Assembly: GCF_006345805.1 (NCBI RefSeq)
Contig: NC_043013.1
Span: 33,418,001 to 33,482,000, forward strand
DNA: 64,000 nucleotides
DNA from: Octopus sinensis
Lineage: Eukaryota
Reading direction: 5' to 3'
Every line of letters starts with the position of its first letter. The first letter of the stretch is position 1. A program made the translations under genes and the position numbers. Below are positions 56,721-64,000 of this stretch, piece by piece. The notes beneath the pieces were generated by a model, which was not told the DNA's origin, ran no database searches, and saw only the letters and a list, made by a program, of their open reading frames with translations.

Positions 56721-57246
56721 TTAAATCTATTGAATGACTTAACTGTAATTTCTTTCTTTTTGAATTCATGAATGAGTTGAATTTCAATTGAAACAAGGAT
56801 AACAACCCAAAACTCAAATCCATTTGGTTTGTAGAAGGGTACATGTTAGCCGTTTTCAAAGTAATATGGCTCTAAAGGATATAGATGGTGCGAATCATTC
56901 ATTGTTGTATTCCATTCACCACCGATGATATTTTGGCATGCGGCAGCAAGGAGACATTTATTAAGCCATTATATTTTAAATCAGAATATGATTTGAGGTA
57001 ATGTAGAAATTCTCCGTGTGACAATTGCCACAAATGCAAGTCAGTCCAGGACTTTAAGACAATGTCTACTACTACTGCAGGTATTTCCAGAGCATCAGCG
57101 GTAAAAAGAAGTTTGGAGCGGAAGTAAATGGAAAATATTCTGCATCCCTCAGTGACAAAATATCACAGATCGACAAACGCCGAGAGGACCAAGGATTCCC
57201 ACTTCCACTACACGGCGAATGTTGTCAGCTCCGTTATAGCACTATT

Positions 57247-57510
57247 TTCAATTCAATTCAATTTTCAATTCAATTATTTTTTTATTGGCTCAAAAAGCAA
57301 ATGCAAGGCCATGTAGGGAGACAGGGAGTTATGTACAGGGAGGGTGGTCATACAAAGAGTTCAGGCCATTTCTGGTCATGAAAGACTTTGAACCGAGCGG
57401 TCGTCGGCATCTTCACTATCTCGTCCGGCAGCTTATTCCACGGATCCGCAACCCGGACGGAGAAAGCCCCTCTCCTGTGGGGATGGAGAGCAGATGCACA
57501 CCTCTCAGGA
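57247..57510 (-). mobile_element. CR1-clade LINE 3' end with (ATTGA)n tail
   Basis: Minus RRGAFSVRVADPWNKLPDEIVKMPTTARFKVFHDQKWPELFV*, matching the CR1 C-terminus 'FS.RVV..WN.LP..VV...S...FK..LD'; tail is the reverse complement of ttcaattcaattc. Confidence 0.85.
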
Positions 57511-57879
57511 ATTGTATCCATCTTCAACGAGTTCTGAACAATTCAAATAGCTGCAAAACATCAACTTAATTTTCTTATGTCAATAACAGAAAGAAAGACA
57601 CATACCATGCTAATTAAAGAGAGAAGGGAAATCAATGCCAACCATTTTTTGTCTTGATGGTTGACATCAATATTGTCACCTCTCCATCAACAGCTATGAT
57701 TTCACGGATCAGAAAATGAGGACACTTTTGTATCAGAGGAGAACATAGAGAGCAGACGAGGCATTCGCAGTTGTGCATCACTCTGAAACTAACTACGCAT
57801 CTTTTTCTTGCAGATAATTGAATGCTCATGTTTTCACATTCTCCGGGCCAAAAATGCAAGTCTCCATACAATTAACCGT

Positions 57880-58215
57880 TAGCCTCTTTAATTGAACTTT
57901 CGACTTTGTGCTAATTACACCAATTATCATCGAAACAATTATAACCATTGTCTTTCACAATCTCTTTATCTCCCTGACTTGGTTGTGATATTGTCAATTT
58001 TCTCGATTTCTTTGATATCTACACTATTACCGTATTGTATGTATTTCAAGGACTACTCCTAGACAGTCTGCTTTTTAATGTTTTGTTGTACTCCAAAACA
58101 CATCGGTCAGTCTTTTATGGAAAAATCTCATGAAATACTATAAATCTTATTCTGTATCACAACCTCCGACTCATGTTCATACCGCCTTTCTGTCACTTTA
58201 GATCCACTCGAAAAT
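57880..58215 (-). mobile_element. Degenerate RLE endonuclease fragment (R4/NeSL-like)
   Basis: Minus RYEHESEVVIQNKIYSIS*DFSIK...DIKEIEKID.../EIKRL*KTMVIIVSMIIGVIST, matching 'WYEH.PE.V.EN...LWDF.I...KE.EKI..Y..L..EI.RLW...PIIIGALG'. Confidence 0.65.
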
Positions 58216-59008
58216 CTTTACTGACGCATTCATATTTTCTCCTTTACTCTTTTTCGTTAATTCTTTCGTCTTCTTTTCCACGGGTTTAGTGTTTGCTTTC
58301 TATGAAAATTCGTTCCAAATGCTGTGCTTTTTTTCTCAATAGCTTAGATATATAAAGAGATGCTGAAACGTGCAAAGATAAAGAAAATAACAAACGATCA
58401 AATTAACATGACCTTGAAACAAAAGACTTCCTTTGATCGAGAGAGCTATACTCTTTTACTCTTACACTTCTTTCAGCTTGGACAGATTTAACAATAGAAA
58501 ATGAATTCGAATATAGCATGTTATCAATGCCACACCATCTAAGAGACAAGAGACATTTCCCAATATTGTATTAAAATTATTAGGCTAACTGCGCTGTTAG
58601 AAAAGTTAGAAGGTCGGGAATATGTGTTGCAATATTTAATCCTGCTTCTAACCATCTGAGTTCAGATCAAACAGAGGCAAGCTACCCTAGAATCAATACC
58701 ACAGAATGTAATATTGTAATATTTCTCTTAAAAATTGCTGACCTTCTCCGGGAATTCAAAAAAAATATTATTATCATTATTATACAGTAGTCTTATTTTT
58801 ATCACGTGCGTTCACTGCATTACCGAGCGCAGCTCTATGTACCTTGGTTATGCGCAGTGGTTTGTTTTGGTGTTGTTATTTTCACTCTATTGTAATTGCA
58901 TTATGTAAGACGTCTTTGGTGCCAAGTAGTGCTATTTTCCGTATTTTATATGTATTTCACTTATTTTATATGTATGTATATACATATATTATTTTATATG
59001 TATTTGAC

Positions 59009-59082
<74 letters not shown>

Positions 59083-59118
59083 ATTATTATTATTATTATC
59101 ATCATCATTATTATTATT

Positions 59119-59670
59119 GAGTGAAAGAGGATGCATGCCATCAAAGTGACACTGGGGTAAAATATACGAAGCCTAGTATACTCATCATGACTCCCCGTCT
59201 GATAAGGGTACACCGAGCACATGCATCACAACCATATGTGCGCGACATGGTGATATCATATCAAGATAAACAGCGCAGAACCTTGCAGGTGGGGCCCAGT
59301 TAGAATTTTCTTCTGTTCGAGTAACACATTCCGCTCACAAGGTTCCTGAATAAGGATTGTTTAAGGATGTTGAACGAACCACCCTTGTTTCCAAAGGTGA
59401 ATTATCCAAACCTCTAAAAATTCCTTTCAACAGACGGCTATGATGCTCCCCCACTACTTCTGCTTGTGATCAGCGATGCTCATTTCGTCAGCCACTAAGG
59501 GACATGGTCAACTGGTTATGGTCAAATAACTGACAAGCAAATCTGTAGTACAGAACAGAATATTTGATGTAGCCCATCTTTTATACCAAGGCAAATCAAT
59601 GTACATGATAACACTTCCAATCAGTTAAGATTAGGAGCTATGAGAGCCACTGTCTAGTACTGCATCAGAG

Positions 59671-59671
<1 letters not shown>
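59119..59671 (-). mobile_element. Unclassified interspersed repeat (family X), 553 bp, in (ATT)n
   Basis: Colinear with 44230-44693; (ATT)n on both sides. Confidence 0.8.
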
Positions 59672-59757
<86 letters not shown>

Positions 59758-59774
59758 GTTATGATTATTATTAT

Positions 59775-59848
59775 TTTGTGTTTGACGTTTGCTTTGCATT
59801 TGTACAAGTTAGCTCCAAGTCTCACCCACAGACCTCATGAGACAACAA
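59775..59848 (-). mobile_element. Short non-repetitive island within (ATT)n; probable 5'-truncated retroelement 3' tip
   Basis: 74 bp of complex sequence with (ATT)n on both sides; family assignment is inference only. Confidence 0.4.
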
Positions 59849-59896
<48 letters not shown>

Positions 59897-61738
59897 GCTG
59901 TTGTTGTGGTTGCTGCTGTTGTTGATGTTATAATTGAATATGGATAACAGGATCTTTATAGTGTCTGACGAAAAACACTACAATCAGTTGTTTGGTTATG
60001 CCTCTTTATAATATATACTGACATCAGTTAATGTCTCTGATACGTTTACATTAAATCCGTTAGTGTTGGCAAAACCAGCATTATCTCCGACCTGGAGAAT
60101 AATTCCTTGAAACTGTAAAGTTTCAAATCTACCTGTGATAACTTTTGATATTATATCAGTGTATTATAACATTCTGTAATGAAAGTTAATTATCATTATA
60201 CGCTGTTAATTACTTCACTAGGTCTTTGAACACCATGATTTCTAAAACTGTCATTAAATCCTATGGCATTGGTCATCAATCTTAACTTAGCGGAAATCAC
60301 GGATTCGATTAAATAATTCATCTTTGCTAATATCAAATTCGTTATACAAACACTTTTGAGTCGTTTCCAGTGTGAATTGTGAATTATACACACACACACA
60401 TACAGACGCAGACACATACATACATACATACATACATACATACATACATACATACACACGCACATATAGTGTATGTGTGTAAGATCATTTTTGTATAAAT
60501 ATGTATGCGTGTGTTGTGTATGTGCATGTATATGTTACGTGATACTATGCGTGTGTAGAAGCTTGCATATAGTTTCGTTCTCAAATTATTCACAAGTGGG
60601 TAACGAAACTTTCACTACCTTAAATAATATATACGTAGAAATTATTTTTATTTACTATCTGTGTACACACACTCACACACACATACACACACATGAATAA
60701 AGAATAGATATATATGAATATGTATGTGTGTGTAGGTGTGCGTGCATGTATGTATGTGTGTGCGTGTGTGTGTTTTTTCTCTATGTGTGAGAGTGTGAGT
60801 GAGTATGCTCATATTAAATGGTCTAATACTTTTACAAACCTAATTTGTGCCAAGTAGTACATCAGTACATCTATTTTCAATTCTATTATAATTGCCTTAA
60901 CTCAATCATTCTCTACCACTCTCTTTTTATCTTTCTCTCACTATCATTCACTCACTGTCATTCCCTTTCTCTCGCTCTCTCCCTCTGTCTCTCTTGTATA
61001 TATCCTGTCTTAGATTTTCCCTATTCTTCCTCATTTTCGAGAATACAACTAAGAATATCATTTTGTTATTTAAACGTATCAAAATTCCGGCGGCTATTTT
61101 CCTATAATTTTCTGTCCAAATGAACGATTCCAAGAGCTGCTTCGCATATTTTTACCGTTCTTTCCTAATTCTTCTATTTCCTTCCTTATTATTGCCATCT
61201 ATTATTTTATTCTATTCCATTTTCTTCAATGTTGATATGTTAGATCTGAATTCTTTTGTTAATCTGATTCCAGCCATTGTAAACTTTCGATTGCTACTAT
61301 CGTGTTTTAAATGCAAAACATAAGCGAGTAAAATCTCTGAGAGTTACACGTATGTATGTGTGTGCAAAGGTAGAGTTGGTGCTGTGCCGGCTATTCGATA
61401 CTGACTTTGAGTATACAACTATTCACACACACACATATATACTCTCACTCAAATATATATAAATACGCATACACATACACGCACGTATATATAGATAGAT
61501 AGTTACATATACATACATACATATATACGGCACATTAATTGACAATCGCCTGATTATATATATAGACATGTGCATGCATACCTAGATACAAAGTATATAT
61601 ACGTATATACATACATAATACGTATATATAGATAAACACACACATACATATATATACATATATGTATATATGCATGTCTATATATACATATATATAAAAT
61701 ATACATATATACATACATACATACATATACATATACAT

Positions 61739-61800
<62 letters not shown>

Positions 61801-63779
61801 TATAATTTCTTCAATATAAATTCTTATTTCAAGTATGCTATTAATATTTTTACATGATGCAGCATCTACCTCCGACCTATACACAGAACACATACATTTG
61901 AGTGTGTATATGCGTGTGTGTGTAATAGATTCGACAACAGAACAGCATAGGAAGAAAAAGTAATATCAAATATCTAAGATATAAAAAAAAAACAATCACC
62001 TTGCATCGACTTCTCATAATGTGAATTCCAGCCAATAAACTTTTCAATGATTTTACCTATTAAAATCAAAAGATCCACAGAATAAAATGCCAAGAATTTA
62101 GTTTTCCAAGCAAACATCCTCATCTTTAAATATATTTATATTTTGGTACTAGCTTTTTTTTTAGAGCAATTTTATAAGAAAATTTCTTCATCCCGTGTCT
62201 TGTTGAAATTCGTTTTTTTTAATAACTATTCCATTCTTAATTTTTCAAGCACTTCATCATCATCATCATCACCACCACCACCACCACCATCATCATCATC
62301 ATTATTACTTTTATTATTATCATTATTATTAACAAGATTTTTTTTGTTACTGTTTTTCTCTTTGTTGTTGTTGTTCTTACTCATGTAGGTTCACGTGGGA
62401 AAACTACTTTATTGTCATTCTATTCTTTGGATAGTTTTTTTTTTCTTTTTAGATTTTTTGTCCTTATTTCAATAAGTTCCTTTTTTTTTATTTCAAAAAT
62501 TTCTTGAAAATGTCGTTTAATTTTCTCCGGTTTGAGTTCTGATTTTGAAAAGAAAATTTAAAACGAAAGAGAAAAAAAAACATGATTTTTAATAATTTTG
62601 CAACATATTTCTACTTAACTTCTTCTCCTCCTTTGACATTTTCTTATTTCTGTTGTTGTTAACGTTGTTGTTGCTGATACTGTTCTTGCGCTTCGTTTCT
62701 TCATATTCAAACCTCTCTATTCTATTTCTGTAGTGTTCATTTATCCTTTTGCAATATCGTTCTCTGTCTATCTAACTTGTTTGTATTTTTCTCTTTCCTT
62801 TCAGACATCACTCTTTATTTAAATATGTTATATTATATTGATTTTGCTTCTTGTTTTCCTTTCTAATCTTATAGCTATGTGTAAGTTGAGAAGCGGTTCA
62901 ATTGAAATGTTAATCGCTCCTGTTGTTGGTGGTGGTGGTGATGGTGGTGATGGTGGTGTTGTTGTTATATAACGTCGATTGTGAACGACGAAAAATAAAT
63001 GTAAATCAGGAATTACTATTTTGAAAATGGTAAAATAAATTAATAACATTAAAAAAAACTGTGACAAATGATTTGAGTAAAAGTAAAGTTTATGCAACAG
63101 GGTAGCTTTAGTAAGACTAAAGTCGCCACTAAAGAAAACTATACACTCGGGTGTACCTGGTTCGCAAACAGGCTGAATTTATATGGTCTAATGAAAACGC
63201 AGGAGATATGAACAATCGGAATCCCTTTTAATTAGAGCGCTTGTAGTTTTGTGCCTAGTTTCCGAAAACACGATGTGCAATTGTCGGTGTTGAAAGCCAT
63301 AGTGTTAAATTTGCACACCTCCAATGATCCAATGATCAAATCCTCTAAGACGAGTTTGCAGCAAAACGTTAGCAATCGCTTTAATCTATGTCATTTGATT
63401 TACATCGATAATACTCTCAGAAGAAATATGACATTAAAGATAAAATTATGTATACCTACGCATTTAAGTTTTACTTAGATCCATGTTGGTAGTCAAATGG
63501 AATACATTGTTTTGTAAATCTATTAACCTTAACCCTTCATTGTGCTTCCTCGTCTTTTGGGGAAAGGGGCAGAAGGGAACCATTACAAAATGCTGTCAAA
63601 GAATTAAGTTTAACTAAAGCTACCGAAATAAAATTTAGTAATATTATCTCAGGTACTGGATTGTGATTTCAAATGGAAATAGAGGCAGCCCCAAGAAATA
63701 CTGTAATGCTTATCCGACACCTCAACTTTTTAGCCAGTGCACTTCGCTGACTAGCTCATTATGTTGGTCACTGAACTAA

Positions 63780-63900
63780 GCAACTAGGTTGCTACTTCAT
63801 TCTGGAGGGATGAAAGGGAAAGTAAACTTCGGCAGGATCTGAACCCAAAATACAAGACAATGCATTTGATGCACTTACGACTTTGCCAGCCCACCCGGCT
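63780..63900 (-). mobile_element. Degenerate SINE family B
   Basis: ggagggatgaaagggaaagtaaacttcggcaggatctgaacccaaaa...gactttgccagcccaccc. Confidence 0.55.
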
Positions 63901-64000
63901 TTTTTAATCCTTCCATCGAAGCATCGTAAAGTGGCATGAGTTGCAAGCTTGTAAATCACATTTGCTCTAATTTCATTATGTCTATGGTGCTAAAACCTTG

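Overview
AT-rich, extremely microsatellite-dense eukaryotic non-coding DNA. The (TA)n/(AAT)n/(TATC)n load and the SINE families resemble a coleoid cephalopod (Octopus-like) genome; this attribution is an inference. No host protein-coding gene can be supported. Most listed ORFs are simple-repeat translations; the rest are decayed transposon fragments: two mariner elements, a DD37D/maT-like element, RTE-, CR1- and RLE (R4/Dong-like) LINE pieces, plus many tRNA-derived SINE copies. The most notable signals are these. (1) A 554-bp insertion at 22185-22738 flanked by an 11-bp TSD, built from 1.5 copies of a 364-nt unit whose junction folds as a minimal type I hammerhead ribozyme; it looks like a retrozyme or Penelope-associated non-autonomous element that may be copied from a circular RNA. 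(2) A second, unrelated hammerhead-like motif in a 131-bp fold-back at 14141-14271. (3) A ~197-bp palindrome at 8878-9074. (4) An RTE LINE with twin-priming-type 5' inversion at 7927-8704. (5) A double fold-back local rearrangement at 43107-44259 with a templated 9-bp junction insertion, either a real repair event or an assembly chimera. Family names are assigned from remembered motif consensus, not from database searches.
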